The position numbers and the translations under genes are program-made. DNA of 64,000 nt from Tubiluchus corallicola (taxonomy: Eukaryota > Animalia > Priapulida): assembly GCA_030141605.1 (NCBI GenBank), contig JAQGDQ010001029.1, forward strand, positions 1 to 64,000. The letters are read 5' to 3'. The notes beneath the pieces were generated by a model that ran no database searches, was not told where the DNA came from, and was given only the letters and a program-made list of their open reading frames with translations. This document shows, piece by piece, positions 40,700-55,563 of this stretch (position 1 is the first letter of the stretch; every line of letters starts with the position of its first letter).

Positions 40700-42995
40700 G
40701 TAATGGCTCGCATGTAGTTTCGGCCTCAGATAGCGCTGATTTTTTATATAAAACTTTTTTACTGGGAAACAATTGAACGCGGAAGAATTTGATGAAAATT
40801 GAAAAAAAATATATTGAGGGCTCATTATGAGTTATAGACTAGGAAGTTTTTGTCTGAAAAACTGGTTTAATTTAAAAGAATTAGAAAATGCAGTAAGTAA
40901 AGTGCGAAATGAAGGCAAGTCGCTTGACTCCGACGGGTTTCACCTAAATATAATCAAACATTTTGGGCCAACTACAAAAAATATTGTATAAGGTATTGCA
41001 AATATGTGCTTAGAGAATCAATTATGGCCTTGGGCGAGCGGGAAAGTAATTCCACTAAAGAAGCCTAACAAAATTGATTATTCAAACGCCAGTAATTATC
41101 GCCCAATAACCATTTCTTCGTATGTAAGTAAACTTGTTGAGCGTTTAATTTCAAATAGACTTAAAAATAATTTGTTTCAGTTAAAGTGCATTGATACCAA
41201 GCAAGAATGCTTCATAAAAGGCAAAAAATTAGCGTTACTTAATCAGATTAGTTACTGATATGGAAGAAGACATTTTGAATAATGCATACGATATAACAAT
41301 TTGCTGTGATTACGGAAAAGCTTTCGACAGTGTTTGGGTAGAAGGTTTATTATTTAAACTTATTGATGCAAATGTACGAGGGTCTACGTTGCGCCTTATG
41401 GCATGTAGATTACAAAATCGTGATATTGGGATAAAGGTAAATGATTGTATGCCCGATCAATATCAATGCAATTTAGGACTTCCACAGGGGTCAGTTATAG
41501 CCCCAATATTGTTTATATTTTTCATTACCGATATGTTTGATAACATGCATGACTCAGTTTAAAAGCACAAGTATGTTGAAGATGGATCTTTGCACGTGTC
41601 AAATACAGACCCGCAAACCTGTGCTGCGATATACTTCACAAATCGTGCCAGAAATGGCGTTTAAAGATAAATACGTTATATGATAAAGTAGAAGCCTTGT
41701 TTGTAGGGGCATGGAAAATAACCAGATAGTTTCAAAATTAGTAACAACAAAGTATTGTTTGTTGCAAGTCAGCAAAATATTAGATCTTACTGTTGAGTGG
41801 AAATTAACTTCTGCTAAACATGCGGGTAGTAATGTTCATAAAAAGGTATGGTATAGATGGCTGAAAGTAAAAACCAGTTGCAGTAAATATAAAGGTTTGC
41901 GACTTGCTACCATTGTAAATATTTATAAAGCTACTACTTTGCCGATTATACTGTATGGTGCTACTGCATGGTTAGGAAAAAAAAACTTTGGGCATTTGAA
42001 GATATAATCTATAATATGATGAAAATTGCTGCGGGGGGATCTGCTTTTAAATCAGATCGAACTAAATTGGAAATACTTTTTGGTCTTCTACCACCGTTAG
42101 ACATAGAATTAAATGTAATCGCTTATTAAACGTCTTGTCTCTGGACGTTATGTCAGAATGCTGATGATTTAGTTAAACAAAAGATTCTGCAGTACGGTAG
42201 TGCATAAAGGCATATTTATAGAAAATATTATGTATGCACATGCGCAGACTCTGAGACACTTTATAAAATTTGCGTGGAATGAAAACTTCCGTACCACAGA
42301 TCTCGAAGAAATTCCCGAAAATATGTTAAAGTACACTAAACGTCAAATCATGGATTATGTTTCTTGTGCCTGCACAAAAAAATATAGGCATGTTATTGCA
42401 TTTTCAAGGAGAAAATGTTGAATATAAAATGTAAACCATTGATCTTGCCCCTGGGAAATAGTGAAAGGAAACTAGAATCCATTGCCATGTTTTTTAACTG
42501 GGCAGGGGAATTTTAGTAGCTTTCCGTATAGACTTAATACGTGTGATAGTAGTTTATGTCCATGTGGAGAAGAACATATTCAGCACATTTTATTCAGATG
42601 CAATAAAGTCGATAACACAAAAAGAATGCGGTTCGTAGAAATAGCTGATGCCAATTATGCACGTAATATAATGCTTCAATCTGATAAAAATTTAATGTGT
42701 TTTACTAAGCTGATCAAAGATAGTTTTATACTAAATAATTGTTAATTTAGACCCGTTCCAGTATACTAAAATAAATCATATATCTGTATAAAGTTAATTC
42801 ATGTGTATAATACTTGTGAATCATTTGAAATTAAATCTGATTTAGGTATTATATGTCATTTGTTGTACATAGTGTGAAACTGGAAATATTTAAAATATTT
42901 GTTACATAAAAATGCAAATTGTTGGTCCGAGCCTGCAAAAAGAGGCACCTCTTTGTATATATGTTCCTTTTTGAATAAAGATTTATTATTATTAT
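40700..42995 (+). mobile_element. Decayed LINE (I/R1/Jockey-like; RT + C-terminal CCHC)
   Basis: Fragmented ORFs NYRPITISS, DYGKAFDSVW, GLPQGSVIAPILF, FLTGQGNF and CPCGEEHIQHILFRC. AATAAA(ATT)n tail. Confidence 0.8.
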
Positions 42996-45900
42996 AAAAA
43001 TCTGTCTCTCTGTCTGTCTGTTTTCCATCCAGACTGAAGAACATGTACATTGCGATTATAACTGGACTAAACCATTACGCAAAAACAGCAAGGCTATACA
43101 TGTTTTGTAGGCTGTAACCGGTTTTTTTAAATCCAATAATCTATATTCCATTACATTTGAGATCATTTCACTATTTAGATAAAAACTCGGTTTGATGCAC
43201 TTAATTTCACAGCAAGCTTTCGGGAAAACGACAAGTTATTAGAAATGGGTTACTCTGTATTTTTCGTTCACAGAATAGTAGGCTTATACAAGCCATTGCT
43301 TCTCTACCCCACTGCAGTACAATTATTCCTTTACGATAATGATAGTGCATGAAACATAATACTACATTATGAAGCAACAATTTTGATAGTTTGTCGCCAT
43401 GTACTAAACACTTGAATTAATTATAACATATATATAAGTGTTATTTATTCTTCGTGTGCACTAAACGCTTGAATTAATTATAACTTATATATAACGTTAT
43501 AAATTTTATTCTTCGTATTTAACACCAAACTTGTTTTAAAAATGTAATGAACGTGTGTTAATTTACTAATAAACTTGGAAATCATCTGATAAACCATATA
43601 ATTCAACCATTAGTTGCATTGAACATTAACATTCCTTATCTCCTTTACTGTTGTGAAAAGTCTTGGCAAATAATGTCTATTATTACTATATATATATATA
43701 TATACTATTCACAATACGACTAGCACGCTGAAATTCCCAAACATCATGCATCAAAAATGAGCGTGTCTTACAAAAAAACCTGTAACTTTAAAAAACTCAA
43801 CTGTGATTTGCCTGACGATTTTGAAAGATCAAAAATACGACGTTCGAATCTTGCCTAGACAGAAATTTATTTATTTTAATAGTAACATGACACGATTTTT
43901 CCTTTATTGCATTAGTAATTCCCAAGATTTCATTGATTATGAAGCAAGAATTGGTAAGTTATTCAAGAGAAACGAGATTTTTTTAAAAATTTTATACACG
44001 TAAATATTTATTTTCTCTGATAATTTATCTGTAATTAATTTGTTACCTGACATTCAGAAGGATGTGTTAAAGTTATATACAGTCAAGTACACGTGCAAAT
44101 AAAAAATTCACCTACAACCAATAACTACCTTTTGTGTCACAGTACAAAAAGTTTGCTGAAACAATTTTTTCGTTTAGGTTACATGCTACACTTTTGACCA
44201 CTTCCAAAACCTCACAACTGCTGCTCGCCAAGTCACCCCATAATGTAAATGAGCGTACAGTAGTTACTAGCAAGTCCAGAGCACAGTCAAATGTATACCT
44301 GTTACAGCAGCCTTCTCTGTACAATTTTTACCCTGTCCGACAGCCACACAAGAGAATATCATTATGCAATCAGAAAACACACGCTGTGCAGTTTCAATCC
44401 GTTTTCATCACAGCATGGATAAGGAAGATTGGATTGAGAATTTTTACAGAGAGAGACCGATCAATATAGGACGGAGAGGCGACGCATTGGGGACGGAGTA
44501 ACGTAAACACTATTAGCGTCTCCATTAGAGATGCGAGGTTTAAATAGAACATTAATACAGTGACGAAGTTATTCAAAGGATACTTTAATTTGTGCATCAT
44601 AAATGATACCTATGTAACCACTACTTTGGTGGTGCCGTCTGGCAAATAAAAGGTCAAGGTCACATAAAGGTCAAGCTATTTGTTGTTTAATGTAAAAACA
44701 CTGAAAGAAGTTCGAACTATTAAGTCAATTTTGGCGGATCTTGAAATTTAAGCGCAAGTTTGTATAGCTTCTAATTAGCGGCTAATTTAATTTACCAATG
44801 AATTTGAGTCAAAAGTCATTCAAGGTCATTTACATAAAAATACAAAAAATTAGCTGCACTGCAGACAAAAAAAGATTAATAAATGCAACTCTAAGTAACT
44901 AGACACAAACTCATTTGATGCACTATATAATATTAAAACGTAACACTGCTAATTCAGCCAGATTTAGCAATATATATAGTTATTCCAAATCACTGTGTTA
45001 TCACTGGCAATATATACAAAGTTTGCACAACATTATATCTAACTGGCTTCGTTATACCATGTAATCTTTCAAAGCAAAAACATGGTTTCTGGGCAAACCT
45101 AATAATTAATAAGTCCCACGTGTGTATAAAAATAGATAACTATGGAAAAAGCACATTTACATTGTCAAATCAACAAGAAGGGATGTTATCAGGTCCAAAA
45201 CACAAAAACACCTTTCCCTCAAGATCCACACAATATTCAATAGTAATATTTCCTGATAAGAATGAGCCAGACTGTATAGGGGATATACATGGGAAGAGGT
45301 GAAGTCTAGAAGAATCTCAGAACCTGCATTATATTCATGAAATGAGTCGAAACTGCACTGCTTAGCCTAGCACAAGTCGGCCTGGTTCGGGTTTTCCGGG
45401 TTGATTTCCATGGTTTGATTTGGCGTGACATTATTTTGTTCTATATACAATTTTCCACACACAATATTAATTTCAGAAATACAAATGCTTTATGTTTAGC
45501 GATGCAGAAATTTGGTCGCATTAGATATTCGACAATTAAACGACAATTACTTTGGCAAACAGGTTCTTCTTTGGGAGAATTAAAGACGTATTCAATAGAT
45601 GTAACACCACCAAATAGTCAAACTGAGATTTAACTATGCCTTCAAGGCCCAATTCATGAATAAAGTGAAAACATTTTTGGAGTTACGACTAGTCAAAAAA
45701 GAACACCACATACGTTTCTTCACCTTGTCTTACTGTTGCTATGTGACTTTCTTGTTACTTAATATTATTTATAAAATGCAAGTGCTTTAATTATCAAAGC
45801 TAAATTATTGAAAATTACTTTACGGTTTACGCTACACAATATGTATGCCGTACAGTACCTGCCGAGCTTCTACGTACTAGAAAAAACCGTTGAATGACAC

Positions 45901-46549
45901 CATTCTTGCACCTTGTACACAAAAACGCCAAAAACACAAAGAACTTTAAAAACACCTACACTACCCAGAATTACTTCATGTTATAGACGTTTGTGGAAAT
46001 GACATAGTTAAGCTTCACAAAATAGAAAATATGGTACATGACACAAACATCAATTGCATTCTCTCTCACAGACAATCTACTGTATGCGCGTACAAAAGTC
46101 ACTGTTCAGTGATTGCGACAGACAATTCGATTATTAGTCAGAGGGGTGGCCGGCATCGGGATTTCAAAGGAAATAGGAAATCAGAGCCCGGTATCTGAGG
46201 AAATAGCATGTTCGTTTCTGAGAAGTGACTCCTCTTGAAATTTATTTTTTCGGGGAAACAATTTTTAAAAGTCGACAAAAGAAATCAATATTTTTTCTTG
46301 GTATCGTATCTAAACCCAATTATTTTTTCCTCACATGTGGTTAGATTTGAACACGAATATCTTACAAAATTGTCAAATTAACGTTAAAAAGAAATTTGAG
46401 TTTCTGTTGTTAGACAATTTTTATAAATAGCAACTAGGGCAACTCCATGGATTAGAGGGACCAAACTAAACATTGAGTTAAAAGTAAAAGAGCGACTACC
46501 CCAAGCTCAACTAGAGGATTAATTTAATCTGCGAATCGGAATCTCGGGA

Positions 46550-47000
46550 GCGCAACTCAAGACCTACTTAATGTAGGTCTGTGGGGCAAGACTGGAATCT
46601 ATCTTATAAACAAGGAAAATCCTCTAAGGTAATATCCATATACATCGTTTCTCAAAGGAATAAATAGCCGGCGTCCTAGTGGCAGACGAAACCGCAGACA
46701 GCGAATTTTCCAGATAACCGCCAGTCCATTTGTTGGCCAGGTCGCCATGGTTAAACTTCGGCGTAGCCACAAGCAAACACTGCGTTTTTATAATCGTCAT
46801 CGGTTAGACTTACCGGAACTTACTATCGTAGTTGTTTTTCATCATAATAGATGGCGGCACCTGAATAGTTATGTAGGCAGACGTACAGTAACTCACTGTG
46901 CTGTCAGCTGCAATGCAGCCAGCCACTTGCTTTCTGTATGTGAGTGTGTGAGGTTTGATTGCACATGTGTGGTTGTGACGTTCGGTGTATTGATTGTCTG
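46550..47000. promoter_or_regulatory. Candidate CpG-richer bidirectional promoter between FucT (-) and septin (+)
   Basis: Local CpG enrichment, YY1-like AGATGGCGGC at about 46849, and minus-strand donors GTAAGT at 46813 and 46823. Confidence 0.35.
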
Positions 47001-47526
47001 CGTTCAATAACAAGGGCTTATTCAGAAGAGGACGAAGATTTTCTCTTAAAAATGGTTATTGATAATCGCATTTTAGTTGTAAACAAAGGCTGACAGAAGT
47101 GTGGCTGTGTTTGTACAATAGTTTAAAATTTAAACTAAAACACGATGAGTAGTCCACGATTTTCTTCAAGATACGACGGTAAGGAAAAAATGTTTCTGTG
47201 TATTTTGGTGCAGTTACCTTATATTAATCGAAATATTATGTTATGGTTATACATGAAATAATTTTATTACATGTATATGAAAAATTTGCAGAGAACATTA
47301 GGGCTGTAGTATTCAAATTACTATAGCAGTTAAGAAAAAGAGTAATTTTGAAGTGATTTTTCGTAAATCCGTTTAATGTAGGTTACCTTGTGTTGCTGTG
47401 CTGATGGCCACGGGCCTGCTTTTCACGAAAAAAATGAAAATTAACCAGAAACAATTTTTCTTTTTTTTTCTTAATCCCTGGACACTCCACTGCACGGTCA
47501 TACATATCGATGCTTCGCTGGTTTCC

Positions 47527-47559
47527 ATGGTAACAATGACTTGCTGTATTGCAGATGAG
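47527..47559 (+). CDS. Candidate first coding exon of septin (MVTMTCCIADE)
   Basis: Ends GAG|GTAAGT in phase 0, matching the phase-0 acceptor at 54820. Overlaps X-box GTTTCCATGGTAAC (47521-47534). Confidence 0.4.
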
Positions 47560-47849
47560 GTAAGTGTACTACCGTATTGTTACTTAACCTACTGTGCGCT
47601 TTGTAAAAATAATTGTTCTGCGTATGTGATAAAAGACTCTAATGTACCATAAAATTGCTTATTATGTGAGTAATGCATTGTGCCGTTAAGTGTTTTGTCT
47701 GCTCATTCTATTGTTTGAAGAGTTTTAACATGATGTGAGGTTATATATAAACCATATTTTTACATTAATTTTTATAGCAAAACCCTATAATCTTAATTTC
47801 AAGATTATTATTAATGTTCGACGAAGCTCTATGAATTAAATTTTTGATA

Positions 47850-48130
47850 TAAAACTTGAAAAACGGCAAGTGTGAAAAAGTTGGGTGTACAGCCTGGATT
47901 TGAACCAGTGACCTTCTGCTTACAAGGCAGGCACCCTAAGCCACTGGCCGTGGTATCTCCCAGTGGTCAAGACAGTTCAAAGTTCCAGTGGCCTATTGGT
48001 CTAAGACATCTGCTTTGTAAGCAGAAGGTCACTGGTTCAAATCTAGGTGTATCACAACTTTCACATTTCTTATCTTTCAAGTTAGGTTGAGTATTAAAAT
48101 TTAATTAATTATGGGTTGTTCCTTCATTAA
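47850..48130. mobile_element. Palindromic element of two divergent tRNA-Thr(TGT)-like units
   Basis: Right unit TGGCCTATTGGTCTAAGACA-TCTGC-TTTGTAA-GCAGA-AGGTCACTGGTTCAAATCTAGG. The left unit (47881-47950) is its inverted homolog. Acceptor stems are degenerate. Confidence 0.65.
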
Positions 48131-51079
48131 ACTGCACGTATTTGTTAGCTAAATACATTACAGACACAGTAACTCAAGAACAATGAAGACAAGCAAATCT
48201 GAGTACATTTTTAAGATCCCATTGATTTTATTTCCCATAATGATTCTGGCTGGTAGAGGAAGGATGTATAGATCCATCTGAACGTGTCTGAGACACCTCT
48301 TCTGGTTCACTGGCTTGGGTATAGAGGATTGGCCTAGGTAGTAAACCAACCTTTAGTCATACCGTAAAAATAGCATCGGGTAGGTCGTGTAGATTTACTG
48401 CTGGATTTTGACTTCCGGTGAGCCGAAGTGTTCCATTTAAAATAACAAAAATCTGTCTTTGACTAGCATCATTCATGACCCATGTACGTTGGTCTTTAGC
48501 AAAAATTTTATTTTTAAATGCGTATATCAGCTGGTTATGCCTGGTTGCTCACAAAAATCACAAAGTTATATTATTTAAGTTCAAAGTAAATGATATATGC
48601 ATAATTACTGAGAATAGTATCTATAGTATTCTCAGTATATAAAGTATTTAACTAGCAAAAGAACGAATATCCAATTTATGCAAGAATGTTCAGATCTGTT
48701 CTCTAGCACAGAGCCTTACTTTACGTCAGCGGGTGTCATAATAAAGTGGTAACATTACACAACTGTTGTAAACTTATGCCAGTTGGGTGACGTTACACGT
48801 CCAAGGATGTCTGCAGAATATTTCATTCTGCTGCCCCCTCCCACCTGGAAGTTTTAATACAATGTCTTCACGACGTATAAAAACGCAATAAAATTGATAA
48901 CATTAATTGTTTAGAGGAACATGTTAAGGTCCCAATTTGAGCACATTTTGCTGATTCTTTGTATAAGTTTTTAAACTGTTCACACAAAATTTTTGAAAGT
49001 GCAGCGCAAGAGAGTCTCTCCAAATCAACATTTTTACCATGACATCAATCAACATTGTTTGCTGTAAGGCGATTTATAAAATAATAAAGTCATTTTAAGT
49101 CACAAAAAGTTGGGAAAGCTGACAGCTGCATGTAATAAAATTCTGAACTTTCTTCCACGTAAATTTTCGGGCAATTTTCTAGGTTCAGGCCTAAACATCT
49201 GTCCATAAAAACAATTTCAAAAGATGTTCAGACTACACTGCAGTTAACTCAGTTTGTAAGCGATACGCTGGTTTAGCAAAGTGTGAGCTAAGCAGTTAAT
49301 TCTCTCTTAAATCTGACACGGAGGAAGTCTAAAGTGCTAACATCTGTGTTTAATGAGGTTTCGGCCTGCTTTGTAGGCTTCATTTCTGGCTAATAAAATC
49401 ATTAAAATGGAGGCGTATCCATGATTAGGGCAGAAGTGATATGCCGGCAGGACATCGTTATTTGGGTTTGCAGTCTAAACAGTATTTTTTTGCTGGGTAG
49501 AATGCTAAAACTGGTCCACGCGTCAAAGCATTACTGGATAACCGGAAAACCCGCAGCACTGGCACCGTATTTTATTACGTGGCTGTGATATTGATGTCGA
49601 ATGTAAACTTAATGAAATGAGAGCCTACTAAAAACTATGAAAATTAACATTTGCTTGTGTTTTCCAACGCACTCAAGCATAGATCGTAGAGATTCATAAT
49701 CTATGCTTAGTGAGGCTAGTAATAAAAATTATTCAGCATTCGTTGGTTGTACTCCTTTCCTACGTACGTTAACCCTTTACCTGGAAACATTTTCACATTT
49801 GAAAATTACACCAAAACTGCCGTGCTTGAATGGTGTTTAATTGTTTGAGAAATTTGATACGGGCGGGCCACACGTAGATAAAACCTGAACCGTTTAACCA
49901 GTTCTTAGACCGTCCTTGAATCGTAATTCGTAAAACACACATTTCTCCTTTTCTTAATGGTGTCTCCCAAAAAAAACTCCATACAGAGTTATATTACTTA
50001 GCATTCGCTTAACTTGTTTGAAACACATATGTAACTGGAAAAGAAAATTCTTAATAAAATATTTGGATTATATTCCTGGTAAAATGGCACTGTATCGCCA
50101 CCCTAGTGTGCATCATTGGCTCACCAAAAACGCTTTATTGATCTTAATGACAATATAAAGTAATTACAATTGATTAGATTAGTTATTGAAGACTGTGCTA
50201 TGAATGCTCTGATTATTTTTTCAAACTTTCTGCGGTGTTTCTAAACTTGTTTCAAACGTTTTATCGCTAAAATGGTTGCGCCTTTGCGAGAGCCTAAATT
50301 TTAAAGTTTTACCTAGCATTGCTGTTAACGCAAGCCCTGTATGCAGTAAGGCATCAAGTACGTCATATAAAATTTCAAAGCAACTTTTTTAATGCAGAGT
50401 GTTTTTGTGTTTTAAGGAAGTGTAAGCGTTCTTTATTGAGCTTTCTTTATCGTATCATTCAACCACTGGCGTGAAAACATAATAAACGTGTTTATTACAA
50501 AACAGTAAACACATAAAATGTTCTAGTTAATTATTTGGTGTAGATCAGTATCGAATGGGTTGTAATTTGAGTTTAGCTAACCGAGCCTTTTCTTCAAGTA
50601 GGAGTACATTACTTTTAATCAAGGAGCAAAGAGGATTAAGACTAGAGCAAGCAGGGGAACGGAGGTGACTTCTTTAACAGAGTACTAACTCGGACTTGGG
50701 TTCAAAACCGCGTTTGAACAGTTTTTAATTCGCTCTGCTCAATACTGTGTATTGTCATTCCGTCTTGTTTAGCCTTTCTTGTACAAAAGCTTTGGTTACA
50801 AAAAGAATTTAGGATTGTAGACCTTAGCTACTGTTTAGAAGTTGCACACTGTAAATTAACTTATAAGCAGGTACCTCACTGTTGAAATGACTATTTTATC
50901 AATCACTGCCCGTCAGAATCTGGCAAGAACAAACGACGAGTTTAGATGTTTTTCTTCCCACATCCTGACAATTTACACTATAGATGCAACCCAGCTGACC
51001 GTCCCGAGTCAATAACCATTTCCTTTCTCACAGACCACATCAATAACTCTTGCACATGCCATGTGCATTCAGTATGTTA

Positions 51080-51690
51080 CTGTATGTAATACACACAACG
51101 TATATCCCATCCTATAATACTTAACAGTATACATCACACAGTGTATTCACCACGCATATGTATACAGCACATTGTTGCTCACATGACAGTACATTCAGTA
51201 TGTACATAATGCACATTGCTGTTATTGCGATATACATATACACATATACAGCACACGTCACAGTACATTCTGAAAATTCGCACACCACACATTACAGTGC
51301 ATTCTGTATGTATGTACAGCACACATCACAATGCATTATGTGAGTACGTACAGCACAGATCACAGTGGTTTCAGCAAATACATACATGATGCACCACATC
51401 ACAATGCATACTAGATTCACATGTATTACATCACAAAACATTTATTTTCTACATACATTACACATTCTAATGGATTTAATATGCACATAGATCACAATGC
51501 GTTAAGTGTGTACAGGCATCATACATCAAAATATATCAAAATATTCAATACGCGCATGCATCACATATCACAATGCATTCATTGCACACAGTAGCTCATA
51601 TGGCACACATCACAATATATTTATTGCCTACACGCAGCACACATCACAATGCATTCAGTCATACACAATCATACATGTAGTACGCATCAC
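51080..51690. repeat. Degenerate minisatellite (CACATCACAATGCATT core)
   Basis: Core recurs at roughly 30-40 bp spacing. Confidence 0.65.
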
Positions 51691-51694
51691 AATG

Positions 51695-51890
51695 TAAGAT
51701 TGTCCGAAACAACCTTTTGCAAGACATACTTTTGTTATACAGCTGCACCGAGTTTTTTAGGGCAGTAGAAGATTTCTTATATTTGACTGTGGAGCCGAGT
51801 AAGATTGTCCGAAACAACCTTTTGTAAGACATATTTTTGTTATGCAGCTGCACCGAGTATTTTAGGGTAGTAGAAGATTTCTTATATTGA
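51695..51890. repeat. About 105-bp tandem duplication
   Basis: TAAGATTGTCCGAAACAACCTTTTG...GTAGAAGATTTCTTATATT occurs twice (51695 and 51800). Confidence 0.85.
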
Positions 51891-54314
51891 GTGAAAACTT
51901 ATACCTTCGTCTGTTATTGAACTGTATTTTGCTCATATGTAATTACTATACATTGTATTTATTTTTAATCTTTATGTGCACCAACATTTACGCACATAAG
52001 CTAGAATTACAATTGTAAGTTGCATTAAAATGTTGTAGCCACATAACTTAAATATAAATAGCAATGGTGATGGATTGGTAGTGGTAATGATGATGAATGA
52101 CGATGATCATGGGGATGATGATGATGGTTATGAGGACGACGACCATGATGATGATGATGATGATGATGATGATTAGCACTTCGACATTTCGTAATATTTC
52201 TAAGCTACCCTGAGACTATGACTGAACATTACTACTTCTCGCGCATTGAAAAGCTTTTTTTATGAAAGTTAAACGACTGATTTAAGTTAACCGATAATAA
52301 ATGTTAAACTTTGAAGTTTAAGCAAGTAAATTTAATTCTGTTACAAGTTACAATGCAAATTGGCAATGGATGTGACGTTTTCTGAAGGGATAACGCTGGC
52401 CTAGTTCATCATCACAGATAGTCAGAGATACGTTCCAACCGAGTCTGCTGCATTCAACGTTCGTCACAATGGACTTTTGTGAAATGTTCCCATTGTATTC
52501 TTTTTAGGTTATCAAAGTTAAATTATTTATGTCTTTCAACGACAGGCCCACGGTTAGCTCTCTGTTCTTGGGGAGACCTCGTACTCTTCTTTCATTGTTT
52601 CAAATCTTCTTTGTATTCCTCAGTCGTACGTTAAACTGCCATATAGGAATGTTGTTAACATTTTTACAACATGGGCGATGATTAATTACGATTGTGCTTA
52701 TGACGAGTAGCTCTTCAACTACCAAGCTTGAAAGCATTGCATTATAGTTATCGTCTTTAAACTTTTTCCATCATATCATTATCATTATTGTATCGCAAGA
52801 AAATTGCGTATTTTGCACTAGTAAATATGGTTCATGAACTTTATTTCACAACTGTAATGCTACTTAGAGCAAGTTCGTCGAGCTGTCAAAGTCGATTGAG
52901 TTGCTTCGTGAGTCTAACCACCCTCTCCCCGCTCTTACGTGCGTCGAAAATCGGCTAGGCAGTGTTTCGAACTGAAGTTTTCGAACTTAAGTTTCGATTT
53001 AAGTTGCCATGGACGCAGTACAAACTTATTTGCTACGTTAGAGATGGCCACGTGCTCAGAAGAAGCAAAACGCGTACGATATGCAGTACAGTATATATAA
53101 TGCGTGTCTACTGCACATGTCAAATACAGTCAGGCTGCAGGTGCTCAAGTACGGTATATTCTGCTGTAGCGCATCAATACAAATACCTAAAAAAATCGAC
53201 TTGGTGAAATCATTTCACTCCTGGATTCTCTGACTATTTGCAGTATAAACTCACAACTGTTTGCTTAGAAAAGAACCGTATTTTGTGAGTGGCAATGGGG
53301 CGAATTCGTTACAAGCTTAGGGTTTACGGTTGCCACCCCGTCATGAACCGAAGTCAGGAGTCAAGGCCTAACTAAGGGTCTGTAAATTCCCCCAGTGGGG
53401 CGTGGGACTGAATCCCGGAAAACAAGCTTTTCTTTCATTTTAGATGTTTTATGAGATCTTTTTCAGATCTTGAAATCTAGAAAACTACTCTAAGCCTTAA
53501 AAGTGTAAAACTTACAAAATTGCAAGCAGTTGTACATCAGTTTTTGGAGTTTCTTCCCAGTCCCAATACAAGTTCTCGCGTTTCCTGAGGTTTCTGGGTA
53601 TCGGTTTAGTAATGAAATTATTAAGCATTTTACGTTATGTGAATTAAACTAACGTGAAAGAAAGCATTTTCTCTGCAGCAAAAACAGGTGAAAAATTTAG
53701 ACGGGGTGAAATGATGAAGCCATACAACCGATTAAACTTAATTTTATAAGTTTACTACCTTAGTTAACAAAAACAAAACTCGTCTGGTTTTTTTGGCATA
53801 TTTTTTGCAAAGTTTCAACAGCATGCAAGCTGTATTTCTGCCTTTTTCCACTTAAATTTCATTGTGATGGTCGAAATCAGGAGATTTCAGAAGTTTTCAA
53901 AAATCCGATCGAACTACGAACTATGGCTGAATTTCAGGAGTCTCCGGGCCAAATCAGGAGTGGTGGCACTCTAGCCACTTGCTGTCAAACGCTTAACAAT
54001 TTCACGTTGGAATAATGAGCGTGATTTTGCTGTAACTGTAGCCTTCATTGGTGATTATAGCAATAGCGTGGCGGTTGATTGTGGAAATTTAATTTGCTTT
54101 TGCCCGCCTAGGAAGAAGGAAAGTTGATCATTAGCCAGAAACTGTGTCAGTAGTTGTTTCGGAAAATCGATTTTTTTTCATGGCTAAACGGCGTGACAAT
54201 AGTGACATGTTGCCGTCAGTCAACGTGCTGTGAAAAATTAATGTTTCAAATTCGTAATGAGCTACTTTTACCTTGTATATATATCAATTTTTAGTTGACA
54301 AAGAAAGATCTTAC

Positions 54315-54600
<286 letters not shown>

Positions 54601-54819
54601 ATTGACTTCTGTAATTTCCCGTGTCATCATTCGTCACTGTCACGCAAATGTTATAAATATATCTGCGCAGACTATCACTATTTTCTTCTGGCTTAACACT
54701 GTTGTACAATATTCTTTATGTTTTGTGTAGACTGTATTTTTTGCACCTCTTCCTGTGATGACTGTCATTTCTTGCACGAACCATTTATTTAAAGTTCATG
54801 GCAGTGCTTTTGTTTACAG

Positions 54820-54907
54820 TCTGGAGAGATTGGTTTTGCTAATTTGCCTGAGCAGATACACCGGAAGACACTCAAGCGTGGTTTTGACTTTACCCTGATG
54901 GTCGTCG
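54820..54907 (+). CDS. Septin (SEPT2 group) coding exon
   Basis: tttacag|[29 protein letters not shown](G)|gtacg, the septin N-terminal/polybasic region. Confidence 0.9.
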
Positions 54908-55440
54908 GTACGTTCTTTCATTTACTGTAATGTTATAAAAAAGTTCTACTCACAATCAAAATTTTGACAATGATGAATCAGCTGAGTGTTGAGTACGGCT
55001 GCGCAGTCACCTGCTTTAATATAATCGATTTTCGATCACCACCCATGATGACGTCATTTATTACTTGAAAATAAAAAAAATTACCTTTATTGCCTATTTC
55101 CTTATTGTCGCTTGATTGTAGTATTTGTAGTAGCGAAGTCGTAACAGTTTGCGGTATGTTAGTGGAAATGCAAAGCGGATTACAGTTCAAATAAGCATGT
55201 TCCTTACAATTGCTTGTACGATTATTACACACAGTTTAATAAAATTCATAGTTTATGAGTGTACTTATATCCGTAAAAAAATCGATTTCCTTTCTTACAA
55301 ATATAAATGTAAATATGTTAAACTAGAGTAAGTTTCACGGCTGGTACAATCTGGTACCTCTGTTAGTTTAGTGAATTAACACCAGAGTATTCTTATCTTG
55401 CTGCATTGTTTTAAAACTGAATGCTTTTTTGTTTTTCTAG

Positions 55441-55527
55441 GCGAATCTGGTTTGGGAAAATCAACTTTGATTAATAGCTTGTTCCTCACGGATCTTTATA
55501 AGAACAGGGCTGTACCAAGTGTGGAAG
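55441..55527 (+). CDS. Septin (SEPT2 group) coding exon with P-loop
   Basis: ttctag|(G)[28 protein letters not shown]|gtaagt. GESGLGKS G1 motif. Remaining exons are not in the window. Confidence 0.92.
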
Positions 55528-55563
55528 GTAAGTTGTTCAAATGACACAGCAGCGTGCACACTT

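Noticed and set aside
47145-47178. ATG...GACG|GTAAGG as septin first coding exon
   Set aside because: It ends in phase 1 but the next identified exon (54820) starts in phase 0. It would need an unidentified intervening exon, so it was not called.
47985-48055. Functional tRNA-Thr(TGT) gene
   Set aside because: Anticodon and T arms are good but the acceptor stem does not pair, and it is part of a repeated inverted element.
48150-48350. Possible RTE LINE remnant (KRCLRHVQMD)
   Set aside because: The similarity is too short and degraded to support.
51080-51890. Repeat-spacer-like pattern suggesting CRISPR
   Set aside because: Eukaryotic context, degenerate units, no unique spacers and no cas genes. 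It is an ordinary minisatellite plus a tandem duplication.
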